DNA from: Trichosphaerium sp. ATCC 40318
Lineage: Eukaryota; Protista; Tubulinea
DNA length: 64,000 bases
Assembly: GCA_038496445.1 (NCBI GenBank)
Contig: JALMLS010000466.1
Span: forward strand, 496,001-560,000
Reading direction: 5' to 3'
Shown here: piece after piece, positions 36,853 through 49,800 of the stretch
Position numbering within the stretch: position 1 is the stretch's first letter
Layout of the letters: each line of letters begins with the position of its first letter
Notes under the pieces: generated by a model
Database searches by the model: none
What the model saw: the letters and a program-made list of their open reading frames with translations, nothing else
Told to the model about the DNA's origin: nothing
Translations under genes and position numbers: made by a program

Positions 36853-39357
36853 ATGGATATTGAACTTACAATTATTGAAGCTGACAACCTCGTTAATAAA
36901 GATATTGGTGGGAAATCTGACCCGTAATGTGCCTGTGGTGCTTTTAATTACTTATTTCTTTGCAGATACGTCGTTATACGCTGGGAAGAACAAAAAATAA
37001 AGACTAGGGTTATAAAAAACTCCCTACAACCTAGATGGGATGCAGTACGTATAAATACTCACGTCTTTAACCTTACCAACAAAAGCTATTCCGTATTCGA
37101 ATCAACAACCCATCACAGCCCATAGACTTACGCGTCATGGACAAGGTACGTCGTAGTACGCTTTTTCTATTTTTAATTCGCGTAGGACAAGTTTGTTGAT
37201 GACAGCCTTGGAAGGACCTTCATATCCGTTGCCTCATTAGCTCAAGGTACTACACGGCTATAAAATGGTTTTTAACAGTTATTCAGGTCAAACAAGAGAA
37301 GCATGGATTAAACTAGATCAAGTAGAAACCGGACGTATCAAAGTGAGAATTGCACGTGTCGATAAAGCGGGGAAAGGAGGAAAAAAGAAAAAGCATCACC
37401 ACGCACACACTCCAGTCAGTTCAGGGACAGGCACTACAATTATTCCGTCTGGTGCGCCAATGGCTCAGCCTTCAGCACCTCCGGCAAACTATACGCCTGC
37501 GCCTCAACCAAATGTCCAGTATGGAGCTCAACCAGTGCAACCGATGCAACAGCAACCTGTGCAATACGGCAATCAAGTGCAAATGCAAGGACAACCAATG
37601 CAAGGACAACCAATGCAACCAATGCAACCTGTGCAACCAATGCAACAGCAACCTGTTCAGTACGGCCAAGTACCGATGCAAGGTCAACCAATGCAACAGC
37701 AGCCTGTTCAATACGGCGGCCAAGTACAAATGCAAGGACAACCAATGCAAGGACAGCCAACGCAACCAATGCAACCACAACCCGTACAAGCTGTTCAACC
37801 AGCAGGAATTTCGTCATGGTTTCAAGGTGCCCTTGATTACAATTTCTAGTGGTCTTATGTTGGTAATAGGCAATGCTTCAAACATTACGCGAGATCCTCA
37901 TGGACATGTATTGTATGGAAAGCCAATTCAACCAGCACCTGCATACGTTGGACAGATAATGCCTGCACCTTATGTTTATAGACCACCTACAGTTTTTTAT
38001 CAGCCACCACAAGCCATAAGAGGGTAAGTTCTTTTTACTTCTGTTGATTGATGGATAATGATTGAAGTCAACTCTGATAATAATTCTTTCTAACATCGTT
38101 TTAGTTTACAAAGCCAACCTACAATTCCTCCACCGCAGTTCTTTTACGGTATGCCTGCGAATTATCAGCAACCTGCGTACGTTTTTACTCCTTTGTACAC
38201 ATGAATTTGTTTGTGTTAATGTTATTTGTTATAGCTATGCCCCACCTGCTGTTCAAGTGGTTCCTGTGGTACCAGGTGTGAGCTACCAAGAAGATTTCTC
38301 AGTAAATGAATCAAATTGTAATAGCCCTTATGCGGTACTTGGATTAATTTGATTGTTTGTTTTGTGTTACTTATGTGAACTACAGCCAAGTCCAGAAGTG
38401 GTAGCTGATTTCTCTGATGGAGATTATACAACTACGAATGTTAATTACAATGGGGATTGTACTAGCGTGACTCATCTCAACCTTTTCTATAATGGTAACT
38501 ACTTTTTTCAGAGCAACAAAGTTGCTGTGAAGAAAAATGCTCACTAATGAGTTATAGATGTTCGAGCTATTAAAGGCTTAAGCAAATTCCCAAATTTAAT
38601 GAGATTGACTGTGAGAGCAAATGATTTGCAGTCGTTGGTTGGTATTAACGAAGCTCCATATTTGAGGTAAAACTTTGCTCTATTTTTTTTAATGCACGTG
38701 ACTAACTTTGTCTAATTTAGGTGGATAGATGCTTCCTCAAATGATTTAACTACTTTATCGGGTCTAAGCAATGCACCAAGCTTAGAGTATGTTCTGGACT
38801 TATTTGATAGTCTCGTATACTAATCTTTGTTTTCAGGTGGCTTAACGTACAAAACAATGACATTAAGGATTTTGGTGGTTTTGCCTTTGCTCCAAATTTA
38901 ACGTTCGTCTATCTACTTTTTCTTGCGGATTTTACTCACGTTTTGGTTATAATAGATGGTTAAATTGTCATCATAATGATATACGCTCATTACAAGGATG
39001 TGAAGCTTTCCGTAGTCTTGCTTTTATTGATTTGTCTTCAAATGACTTGAAAACAGTCAGAGGACTTGAACAATGTTTGATGTTACAAGAAGTACGTATC
39101 TGATATTGATGTAGCTTTATACTAATTGCCATTAGATCAATGTTGCTAACAATGACTTGTCAGATATGTCAAGTGTACTTCAGCTCGCTCAGCTACCTCA
39201 CTTGTTTTGCCTTAATATTTATTTAAATAAGTTTTCTGCCACTCAACAGAACCAAATAGTCACTTACTTTAAAGGTGTAAAACCAAATTGTGTTGTAGTA
39301 AACTCAGCTGCAGAGAGTAAGGCGAGAGGTCATAATGTAAAGTACCGTAAGAAATAA
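36853..39357 (+). CDS. C2 domain + Gln/Pro-rich repeats + SDS22-type LRR protein
   Basis: MDIELTIIEADNLVNKDIGGKSDPYVV...LQPRWD...MDKDKFVDDSLG; QPMQ/QPVQYG repeats; 22-aa LRRs encoded by 66-nt exons (WIDASSNDLTTLSGL). Confidence 0.8.
37520..37800 (+). repeat. Coding low-complexity repeat (QPMQ, QQQPVQYG, MQGQP)
   Basis: Recurring CAACCAATGCAA and CAGCAACCTGT units. Confidence 0.85.
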
Positions 39358-39685
39358 ATACTACAGTTGCATACAAGTGACAAGTCTGCTACTTTTCTAA
39401 TTGGTTACTTTGGGAACATTGAGTTTATTTTACATCCATTATTGCTTGCCACGAGGCATGGATGATGAATTAGGCATAAAGCCCATTCTGCAACGGCACA
39501 TATTACGGAGAGTTAAAGCGTATACACACGCCAACAATCGTAATAATTTTCAACGAAAACTATTTGAGGATTTTCGCCTCAAATTCTGAGATAGTCTAAA
39601 TCGGTTTAATATGTACAAATTCAGTTCACTACTACACCTCGTCCTTGTCACTATTGTAATTATAAGACAAACAAATACAACGACA

Positions 39686-40465
39686 ATGGGTAATTTCGTT
39701 AACAAACGTATGTGTCAGGCGTCATTTGACGTTTTGTTCTATCTGTGAAAAGGCTTACTTGGCTTGATCTAGCATACGTTCCAGAACCAGAGATGGCGAC
39801 AACAGATGCAGCAAAGCGCGTTTATTTCGGTGCAGGGTGCTTTTGGGGCACAGAAAAGTTCTTTAAAAAGCAGTTTAAAGTAAACACTAAAGTCGGTTAT
39901 TGTAATGGTAAAGTAGATACACCAACGTACCATGTAAAACGGAGCGATGAAGTTACGATTATTAATACTTTTACCCATAGGCTGTATGTACAGGCAAAAC
40001 AGGCCATGTAGAGGCGCTAGAGGTTGTTTATGAGCCTGAAGTTGATTTTCGTGAATTATGCAGGTTCTTTTTCCGTATGCACGATCCAACCACCCTCAAT
40101 CGCCAAGGAAACGATAGAGGTATGTAAAAAAAGCCAAGTAGCAACCTTACGAGTGTTTTTTTCAAAACGTCATTTCTAATCCTCACCTTCTCTTATCAGG
40201 CACTCAATACCGCAGTGGTATCTACTACACAGATGACGAGCAAAAAAAGATAGCAGAAGAAGTAAAAGCTGAAATTGCTTCCTCAGGAAAGTACAAAAAC
40301 CCAATCGTTACTGAAATTGAGGCACTCGGTAAATTTTGGGATGCTGAGGACTATCATCAGGTACGTCATTTGTTATTGAAGGAAGATTGTTTGGTATTGA
40401 CACTTCACTAGGATTACCTCGCAAAGAATCCAGGTGGTTACTGTAACCACAAATTACGCTGGTAA
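39686..40465 (+). CDS. msrA: Peptide methionine sulfoxide reductase A (Cys form)
   Basis: [63 protein letters not shown]. Confidence 0.96.
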
Positions 40466-40571
40466 ACCTTCAAATGTGGGTTCGTTCAGCATTGTCAATA
40501 AATACAACATTTTCAAATAACACAGCAACCATTTAACCTGACGTGATGCAATTAATTACAGTGCCAATTTT

Positions 40572-41142
40572 TCATCTGACATTATTCGGGAACATCAATC
40601 TTTTCACCTTTAACTGTCGTTTACTCATTTCTTCGAGATCACTACCACAGTACTTACGTACAAAGTCAACTGTAGTGTCAAAAAGTACAGATACGACCAC
40701 AGACTTGTGGTTCAACAAAACAGCCTACAAAATGGCACGTTTGGTTGAGTGTTTCCTTGTTTGAGAAAACCTCAATTGGTGCTCACAAAGAGAATATTGT
40801 TGAACTGACAATGTTGGTTAGTCAATTGATCACTGTTAGTTTTCCAATAAACGTTGATAATAGAAAAGATTTGAGAATTAAATGCTGTAGCTGCAAATAT
40901 TAAATACGCAATGTTACGATCTGGCTAAAATTCATGTTTGCATAGTCTTTTGCTGTATTCTGAGTTAGAAAAGTAACCTGCTCATTTGTTATATGGTCAA
41001 TGTGAAATGATTGAACTATCCTGGATCAGTCTCTGAAGACAACATGTTTTGGTGTCTTTAAGATTTTCTAGCATCTCCTTCGTTAACCTTCAATGGCTTT
41101 GGCACTCAGTGATTTTTGGCTTGCAATGAACGAATATACCAT
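40572..41142 (-). CDS. Hypothetical ~125-aa spliced protein
   Basis: Exons joined by GT-AG introns give a continuous frame MVYSFIASQK...QSFHIDHITNEQPDRNIAYLIF...VSVLFDTTVDFVRKY...FPNNVR; no family recognised. Confidence 0.3.
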
Positions 41143-41689
41143 ACGCCTTTCCCAAATTTATTACGTTATCCACCACGAGCGAATACAATACCTGAAGTTT
41201 GACACGAGATTTCTGTAAAAGTCGAACCTTGATTCTGAATAAAAAAGTGAAACAACAAGTTGTTGCATCCTTATCGAGTGAAGTACAACAAAAAGTCCAT
41301 ATACAACTGAGATTCCAAACTGCTCAAAGTTCGTATCCAATGAACAACGACCAGTTACTAGCCGCAACGTTGATGTACTACAGCGCACCAACAAACCACG
41401 TTTCTCTTGTCTTTAAACATTCCTTGTAAATAAATGTACCACATCAACAACATGATCTTTTTTCGAACCAGCAAATTTATGCTTTCAACTTAAAACTTTC
41501 ACAACTATTTAGTTTAGCTGAACCATGATCACGTTGGATGGACTCATATTTATTCAAAAACAGACCAAGAGACTTTTATCTCCTATTTGCCAGCATTATC
41601 GGCTTTAGAAGTCAACCTGTAATTCGCTGTAGAATACTTTTGAGGACTTTGGTGACTTTATTTTTACCATAGAAAGTTAACGAACCGCA

Positions 41690-43921
41690 ATGCAGCTAAT
41701 ACACTTAGTAGTATTGTGCTGTGCGTTATTTGGATTTTATGTCTTGGCAGGCTTTTCGGAGGTCAATAACGTTGAAGTAAGCAATAATTCTCTCTATAGA
41801 ACCTCAAACGCTATAGCTTCCGCCGCTTCATTTTTTAATTCAACGCCGAGCGGTTTTTGCGCGTAACCAATCACCTCTCCCTGTAACTGGTGACCCTTAT
41901 GGCCGTTTCAATTGTACGACACCTGCATGAACGCTCTGTCTTACTGTGTCTAGTCTCCTTTGTTGAAGAACTTAGCGACGCTACTAATGCCACTGCTGTC
42001 GCTGATTTAGAGATACTAATCACTCACCACGATTTGCTGGATGACGAAATTTTGGGCGTTAAAACGACGGCTGGATTTGCTCTTTGTTGTACACCAGTAA
42101 TGGCGCAATCTACTAACTGTCAGGCTGGCAAGGTACCTGTCACCAAACTATAAATGTCAATACTGAACGCGTTCAAAGTTGGTAATACCAGATGAAAGCA
42201 AGCTCTCCTGTACCAACACACAAAATCCAAGGAACTGTACATACAACGGAGATGCTCCAATGTGGTATTGGTCTGAGATTGTTGACAAGAAGCTAGAACT
42301 CGCTGATGTACGTAAAACGGCGGGTTTTTTGTTCACTAGATCAAAACTCTTACTGGTTTATTTGATAGAGTGTCAGTATAACCAAAAGCGGAGTTTATTA
42401 CTTGTACGTTTATTTTTTGGTTTAACTTGAGCCAAACTTCTATTTCTCACTCAAAATACCACTAATGTTCTTTAGTTATGTCCTCAACTGTGATGCACCT
42501 GTTGATGGGGCCTCGTTATTACTTTCAGGCGAAACAGAATGGAAAAATCCTTACGGCTATTTGCCTGGTACTATTGTCTACTGGTTGCCAGTTGCGTGTA
42601 ATAACTTGCTTATGTTGTACTCAAATATTGGTTTTTATAGGTTTATTACACGTTTGCTATCTTGTACTGCATGCTATTTGCGTATTGGTGTACACTCGTT
42701 TTTATTCACAGAGATGATATTATGGGCCTTCAAATTGCTATTACTATTGTTGTTCTAGTTGGTGGTATTGAGTCACTTGTATGGGCTATTGACTATACAA
42801 TATATAATCGCTCTGGAAATGTCTGTATCTTTTTTTTTTAATAGGGTGTTTTTTTCGGGTTTTTCTTTTGTTGTGCTTGATTCTCTTTTTTCCTTCACTT
42901 CGATAAGCTGATGGATTTAATATCGTGGGCGCTTTAATGACTTCATTAAAGCAGACATTAGGTCGTTTAATTCTTCTTTTTGTATCTGTCGGTTATACCA
43001 TTACAAGGTACTCTATTCTTTTATTTTTGCTTTTTTTTTCACAATTTAACTTTGGTCCATCGTAAAATATAACTTGTGCGTTTTATAGACCTACGTTAAA
43101 CTGGAAAGAGAAAGGAGGTATAACAGCTGTTATTGGAACATACTTTTTCTTTATAATGGCTTGGCAATACGTACTTGTTATTCAAGCAATGGGTACAGAT
43201 GTACCTGATAGTATCTTCCTTGGTATTATATTTTTCTCTACACTTATCAACTTTGCTATCTTTGCATGGGTACGTGTTTTTTGGAACACTTTGTTCAAAC
43301 AGATTTGTTAATTGCTCGCCAATATCGCACGTGACCTAGTTTTTTCTAATTATGATCTTTTAGATTTTCTTTGCGATTTACTTTATGATGCAACACTTGA
43401 AGTCAACCAAACAAATGGCAAAGTTTATCATGTTCAAAAAACTTGCTATCATTTTGGGTATTGCTCTTGGTACTGCTGTATTCATGTTTATTCTAGAGTT
43501 GTACGTACATGTGATTTAAAAAAAAGAGCATGCTTTTTTTTTGTTATCTAAAATGGAATTTAGGATTATTACTTGGGCTGGTCTACGTGATAAAGCTTTC
43601 AGAGGATTGTGGGTCTTTGACTTTTACTGGGAACTTATTTTTTGGATTGTATTAACTATTATTGCAATCATTTGGAGACCAACTGGTAACAATAAGCGCT
43701 ATGCATACTCTGAGCAGCTTAACGATCAAGATGACGGTATAGAACTCGAAGAGACAGATGGTGGGGCAGTCGCTGCGCAAAACCCTCAACAAGACTCATC
43801 ATCCGAAGAGGTAAAACAACCCAAGAATTCATCTTTGTTAACATTATTTTTTCTTCAGGATGAGGAGCCTCCTGTTACTTTAGATGCTACTGAAGACATA
43901 GAGCTTGACATGGACAGTTAA
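41690..43921 (+). CDS. GOST / lung-7TM family protein (TMEM87-like)
   Basis: Signal peptide, WKNPYGYLP, SLKQTLGRLILLFVSVGYTITRPTL, IAIIWRPTGNNKRYAYSEQL, acidic tail. Confidence 0.9.
42825..42907 (+). other. Probable U12-type GT-AG intron in the TMEM87-like gene
   Basis: Donor T|GTATCTTTTT; branch-like TTTCCTTCAC ~10 nt before AAG acceptor; splicing restores YNRSGNVSDGFNIVG. Confidence 0.72.
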
Positions 43922-44125
43922 TAGATTTAAAAAAAAATGTAATGAAAATAGGATCAAGATCTTTGTTTGCTATACAAGTGCTTGTTTATTCTTTTATTTC
44001 ATTTTTTGGTGGTTTTCGTTAATTGCTTTTTTTTTCTCTTGTTTCGCTTCACTTTCCGCGAGAAAAAAGAGAAGACAAGGACGAAACCCTTTGAGAGGCA
44101 AAAAAATATCCCTTTGTTTTTTGGA

Positions 44126-45283
44126 TTATTTGGGTAGAGTTGAGATGAGTACTCGGGCCAAGAAGTGGATGAATGGTTGTGTGGCAATTGCCAAAGTCAT
44201 CGATTGATGAAATCCGGACTCGTTAGCGCATTTAAACGCCATTTTTGTTGTGACTTTAAAATCTTCTCTGTTATCTATCTTATCAGCCAATAACTTGTTA
44301 CCAATTACTTTAGTAGCCCAGATATCGCCATATTCCTTTTATGCGTCAATAAAAGAAAGCAAATCAAAGACTTTAAACGCACCTTTGTGACGTAGCGGGT
44401 TGAAAAATGGTATACAGCACCTGAACCCTCTTGGAATTTAATAGCGAATGGAAGATCAACTGGGAACTAAGTATTGTGAGCAAAGTTAGTGTTTTTGTAC
44501 GCTATCTCACTGTTTCTTTCGCTAGAACTTGGACTTTCTCAGTATTGAGCACTTGAAAGCGTCTAAGGCCTGGTCTACGTAACAATTTGGCACCAGTCTG
44601 ATATCTACAGAGTGTCAATGAGAATTAAAATACGTATTAGCATTAATTGGGTTGCAAGTAAAGCGTGTAGTGGTTTTACATATAAACGCTGTTTCAACCG
44701 TTTTAATTTTGACGTACGATTGGAATAGCGCCATTTCTGGGCCTTCTATGAAGCTTACTTCGACTGGCTTGTCAATTGTAGTTTGCCCTTGTTTTGGGCG
44801 TACTAGGCCTTCGAAAACCCTAGAAACTGTGCTTATTGCGCTATCGAACGATAGTAGACATCCACCAGAGGCTACAAAATTTTTTACAGTCGCTGTTGTG
44901 TCTTCTCCAAGTTTTACGTCGTCTGCGATAATTAGGAGTTGTGTTGGTTTGATTGTAAGTGTTTCTGTTTGCAACGCTTTCTCCTCAATCCCAGTCACAG
45001 TGAGATTGTTGTGTAAAAAGAACGACCTAATTGGTGCGTTTTCGTTGGAGCTTATCAATACCACTGAGTCTGGTTGAAGTTGTCGAAAGATCCGAGCATA
45101 TTCTTCTTTAGTGTCGTCTTCAAAGTATTGAAGGCCCAGTTGGTATGCAGAACGGTTTTCGGCGTTTTTGACGAGCTCTAGCCAAGCAGGGTCGCGTTTC
45201 AAAGTAACAGCTGGTTTAGGCTCTGGAGGTGGTACAGTGATGCCAGGAATCCTGGGCATCTGCATTGGCGGCATACCCATCAT
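44126..45283 (-). CDS. Uncharacterised protein with class I glutamine-amidotransferase-like fold
   Basis: TQLLIIA...VKNFVASGGCLLSFD, FQVLNTEKVQVLA, FAIKFQEGSGAVYHFS; Pro/Met-rich N-terminus. Confidence 0.5.
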
Positions 45284-45555
45284 TTTGTGCAGAGTTGTTA
45301 AAGCCAAACGTCAATGAAAAATATTGACAAATCAAATCTAAGCGTAATTGTTTTTTCAACTTGGCGTTGTTGTGTATTCACTTACATGGGCATTTATGTT
45401 TGCACAGGTTAAACATCCAGCAAGAAGAAGCATTGCGACGCCGTGTTCACTGAACCTCAGAGCTATGTAAAATTAAAATGCTTTCTGACACATTGGACTT
45501 TGTGTTGTCGCCGATCTTGCTATTGTAGTTTTTATGGGTGTAGTCCAAAGTAAAT

Positions 45556-45642
45556 AACATTGTTTATTTGTGGTTCAAGATGACCTGGTAGGCTGATGGA
45601 GCCTATTTACAGAGCATCCTTCATAGTAAATAAATAAATGTT
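45556..45642 (-). promoter_or_regulatory. Type II SECIS element in the 3' UTR of the PRXL2/SelU-like gene
   Basis: AUGAA-GGAUGCUCUG-UAAA-UAGGCU(CCAUC)AGCCUA-CCAGGUCAUCU-UGAA, with outer helix AACAUUUAUUU / AAAUAAACAAUGUU. Confidence 0.9.
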
Positions 45643-45652
45643 AAATACAACT

Positions 45653-46704
45653 TTAGTTTTGCAGTGCTTTGTGCACTTCTTCCATATTAGCATGGTCACC
45701 AGATCCTTTATTTGCGTGGGAGTACAGGACCTGGTTAAACATGTTAAAGAATATCAACAAGCTTTAAAATACCTTATTTCCTGGTCCTAATACAAAGATA
45801 CCTCCTTGTTGCAGTGTGTCACCTTGTACTGTTCCAGGAGCGATTCCATCTACGAACACGTTTCGCATCATACCAGCATAATTAGCTGTAGGTCCAACTG
45901 TAGACCATAAACTTCTTGGTAGCGAAAACGCCTGCAATAGTTTTTTTTATGAATATTATAAATGTTATCACGTGACTTGACTTACCTTGTACAACTTTAA
46001 ACTAGGGTCAACGTATAGCTCAAATACATTATTATCAAGCTTAGCTTCTGAAAGAAAATTTTTCGCCATTGGGACGGTCCCGTTTCCTTTTCTCCGTAAA
46101 CACCACAACAATCCAAAACAATAAACTCACCAATAACTACTATTTGTGCCAACGCTTTCTTGAAACTATCTTGATGCGTAATAAGGGATTCTAAGGATGT
46201 TTGAATAATGTGATAATTATATTATTGTTAGCGCACGAATTTGAGCTTTAGTGCAAACCTAACTACTTGTGAGATAATTTTAGAAGGGTACTAACGTACT
46301 CAACCGAAATGCCGAACAAAGGTGAGTATAACACGTCTTTGTTGCCACAAGCTCTCGGGATCCACTTCTTTATCCTGGATATCGCGTATGCGCAAACTAG
46401 AAACTTTTGGAAAACCCTCTTGGGCTGTACACCTATTTCGGCGTTGTGTAGTCGTATGCGTTCTCCTGAGCGTAGGTTTACGCGCCAAAGCGGCGAACCT
46501 AACGCTGTTCAGCATCTGTGTCAACTTTTTGATTGCTTAACGTCAACAATAAGGACTTATCCTTCTTTCCACAAGCAAGCGCAGTACTCACAAAATGCGT
46601 TCGTTTCTCTGGTTTCAAAAAAAGAACATAATTTACAAGTTTGGAAATTGTAGGCGTGTTGTTTCTCAAACCCTGTTTTACACACTCGCTTGTTTTACGT
46701 CCAT
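45653..46704 (-). CDS. Selenoprotein of the AhpC/TSA-like PRXL2 (SelU/AAED1) family; in-frame UGA at 46300-46302; start uncertain (46704 or 46515)
   Basis: LWQQRRVILTFVRHFG-TGA|VCTKAQIQSL...IVVIGNG...LYVDPSLKLYKAF...GDTLQQGGIFVLGPGNKVLYSH...GDH, plus downstream SECIS. Confidence 0.88.
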
Positions 46705-46849
46705 AATGGCTGCACAGTTGCTGCAGGATCACAACTTGACCACTTTTGACTCGTGCTATCCCTAAAGCTACACAGCGTGTACACTAACGCCAGTATACGG
46801 CGTGCTTTATTCAATAATGCCATCCGTTAAAGAGTGAACAACAAATACA

Positions 46850-49800
46850 ATGGCAGCAATCAAAAGTGCGTGTAATCATTTTATAGTTGTATGCTAACGC
46901 ATACAGAAGGAAATGCGTCCCCTAGTACAAAACTTAGACAAGCAAGTGATTCATTTGCATGCATTATGTTTATTTACGTTAGGCTATACTCAAAGTAACA
47001 TTTGCAGGCGATAGCTATAAGAATTTTTCTATTTCGTCCACAGCTACAGTACGTTCAAACAATACGCGCAAAATATGCTAAAACGTACAGTGTGGCAGTT
47101 TTAAACCCGTAATAGCCGAAAGAAACCATATAACAGGTACTAGCGGTGCTTCCGCCATATCTCACTTCCTTCAGGCGATGTGGTAAAGGAATATGCACTC
47201 TACGCAATTGCGAAAGTGGCTGCCGTTTCTAAGCCATCACGTATCACAACAGTCGTAAAAGCTGCTGGAAGTACATTATCCAAGTCTAGCAGTGCTCCCA
47301 AAGTAACCCGGTTTGGTACAACATCAATTACAACATGAATTCGCCACAATCGGTCCTAACACGTTCTAAAGTGACAGAAATACCAGATGATATTTTATTG
47401 TGGGACCTTCATAAATTATGGGGTCTTAGCAGCGGAACTGACAAATTATTTTACTATGGAAAACGTTCAGGACCGTTTCCACCAAAATGTACGCTCACAT
47501 GACGCATTTTGATAAAAAATACTAAAAGAAAATGTTCTTTAGCAAAGTTAACAACTATGGATTCTCAATGGAAGAAGCTCAGGGTACGTAGCTACCGTTA
47601 AAAAAATACAAGTTGTATCTTAATTTTTTTTTTAAGGCGATCAAAAAAGATAGAGAAGGTCGTGTTGCTGGCATGGTTGAGAGTGCAACTTCATTTAGAT
47701 CTATAAGAACAGTAAAAAAAAAAGCAAAGTCTCTCCCAGACACACTGTTCTTTGATACTCTAGCGTACGTGACATTCAGTTCAAAATGTTTGCATTTTTT
47801 CGATTTTGCATTCACAGAATAAGTGTCAACGTTTTTTATTTACTCAATTTTTTTCTGTAGTTATTTAATGGCTTGTGGTCTACATACGCCTCAATTATTT
47901 GAAAAACCAACGGATACAAGTCTAGTATCCAAAGTACGTGTAACGTATTTAAGAGGGGAAAGATATGAAATGAACGATGTTCCACTCACTGTTGCCTCTG
48001 GTATGGTATTTTAAAGTATTGTTACTTATTAACACAATAAAATTAGCATTACTTGTAGATTATTTTACCAAACGAAGAAACCCTATCATCTCTGAAGAGG
48101 CGTTTAAACGTACAAACTGAAATTGTTGAACTTTTAAGCAGTAGCTCATTTGGGTTTTTGTAGAACATGGTGATAACCTTGCAACTATTATAATGAACCT
48201 ACCAATTTCATCACGGAAAATTCTAGCAGGGACATGTAAATTTTTAGGTCTGTTGGACGTTTGCAAGGACTCAAACCAAATGGTAAAAAAAAAAGAATTG
48301 CTTTTTTTGTCCTTCTTTTTTTTCTTTCACATATTTTTTTACAATTTATTTATCTACACTACCATTATTGTTTTTTCGTGGAAGGACTAACTGATCAAAA
48401 TCATTAGAGTCCTGACAAACTTGTTGATGCTTGGTCAAAGTTATTGCACATAAAACCAAAAGTTCTTAAGACTTTGATAAACAGACAAAGTAATATATTT
48501 CCAGAAAGCAAGACTGTGTTACCTTCTAAGGAGGTAAACTTCAACAATCGCACAATTTGTAATCATATAATATCTCTAATTACAACAAATAGGAACTTAT
48601 TAAAAAACTAATGGAAAATTCAGCTGAGGCTATTGAAGATGATGAAAAGGCTCAAGATGTTCTTAAAAATCTTCCTTCGAAATTCTTTGATGGTAAAGTG
48701 GATGCAATAGATTTAGACACCCTCGTTGCCAAGACACCAAAGGCAGCTCTTCCATCACTACCACCTCCACCAGGTTTGAAACTTTAGTGTTGTGACAATG
48801 TACTTACATTCGCTTGGCAGGTTTTGGCGATGGTGACTTTCCTTGGGATTCAGATAGTGATGATCTACTACCTGCCATACCGCCCCCAGTTCCCGCCTTG
48901 CCTGGAATACCTGGATTACCTAGATTGCCACCTGACAGTGAGGAAAAGTTTCCTTGGGATGACGATGATGATGTAAAACTTCCGTAAGCTCTTTGTTCTC
49001 TTACCTTTACTAATTTACGAAAAAGAGAAAAGTCTCGCCATGACACATCAGCTCCAGAATATGAGCCCCCACCGCCTGTATTTAAACTACCTGAACCAAA
49101 TGCCATAGAGATAAATCCAGTCAGAGTAGACCAAAAGCCTATGGTACCTGTAGCAACTCCTGGTGATGTTAAATTTAGTACGTGTTAGAAGTTTATTCCA
49201 CCATTGAATGCTGACAAAAATAAGGTGTTGATAAGGCTAATAAACGTAAAACAGTTCTAGGTACTGTGATATTAGCCTTTGTAGTTATCTTATATCAATA
49301 TACTAACATAAGTATTTTAGTTGACACTGCATTCTTGCAGGAAATGTCGCAGGTAAAAGAAAGCTCTTAAAACGCATTTACTAATAATTATGTAGCTATC
49401 TGCGGATCTTGACGATGGTTTCAATAGCTTAGTCATAGATGAACCGAGGGTTGAACCCAAAAAGTCTCGTATTAAATCAATGTTCACAGTATGTCTAAAG
49501 CTATTTTGTTCTCAAAAAGTGTTCACTTGCCACACTCGATCTAAATTCTGTTTTAGCTAGAATTAGAGTTATTCGAAGATTTTGAAGATGAGTCACGCGG
49601 TAGTGGGCGCAGTACAAGAGCAAGAGCTCCTACAGATTCCCTCACTGTGCTTGAAAATGATTTGGATGCATCTATGGGATACAATGAAATAAAGACTAAA
49701 CAAAACAACACTGAACCTGACGATGAAAGCTATGAAAACGATGCATTGACAGCCCTAGAGAATGACTTGGAACTTACTGTATCTCACCAAACAGTCCAAA

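Noticed and set aside
37350-37817. Cys/Asn-rich and His/Trp/Leu-rich ORFs in the track
   Set aside because: Alternate-frame and antisense shadows of the Gln/Pro repeat; most other short antisense ORFs in the track are also shadows
39830-39850. MsrA as a second selenoprotein
   Set aside because: The active-site codon is TGC (Cys)
44260-44278. U6-like ACAGAGAAGATT on the minus strand
   Set aside because: Lies in a coding exon (DNREDF) and has no flanking U6 sequence
45378-45480. U1-like ACTTACATGG start and CATTGCGAC
   Set aside because: ACTTAC is just the complement of a GTAAGT donor; no U1-70K loop or Sm site
46300-46302. Genome-wide UGA reassignment
   Set aside because: Trp is TGG and Cys is TGY in conserved positions elsewhere, and TGA ends other genes (12240, 52574)
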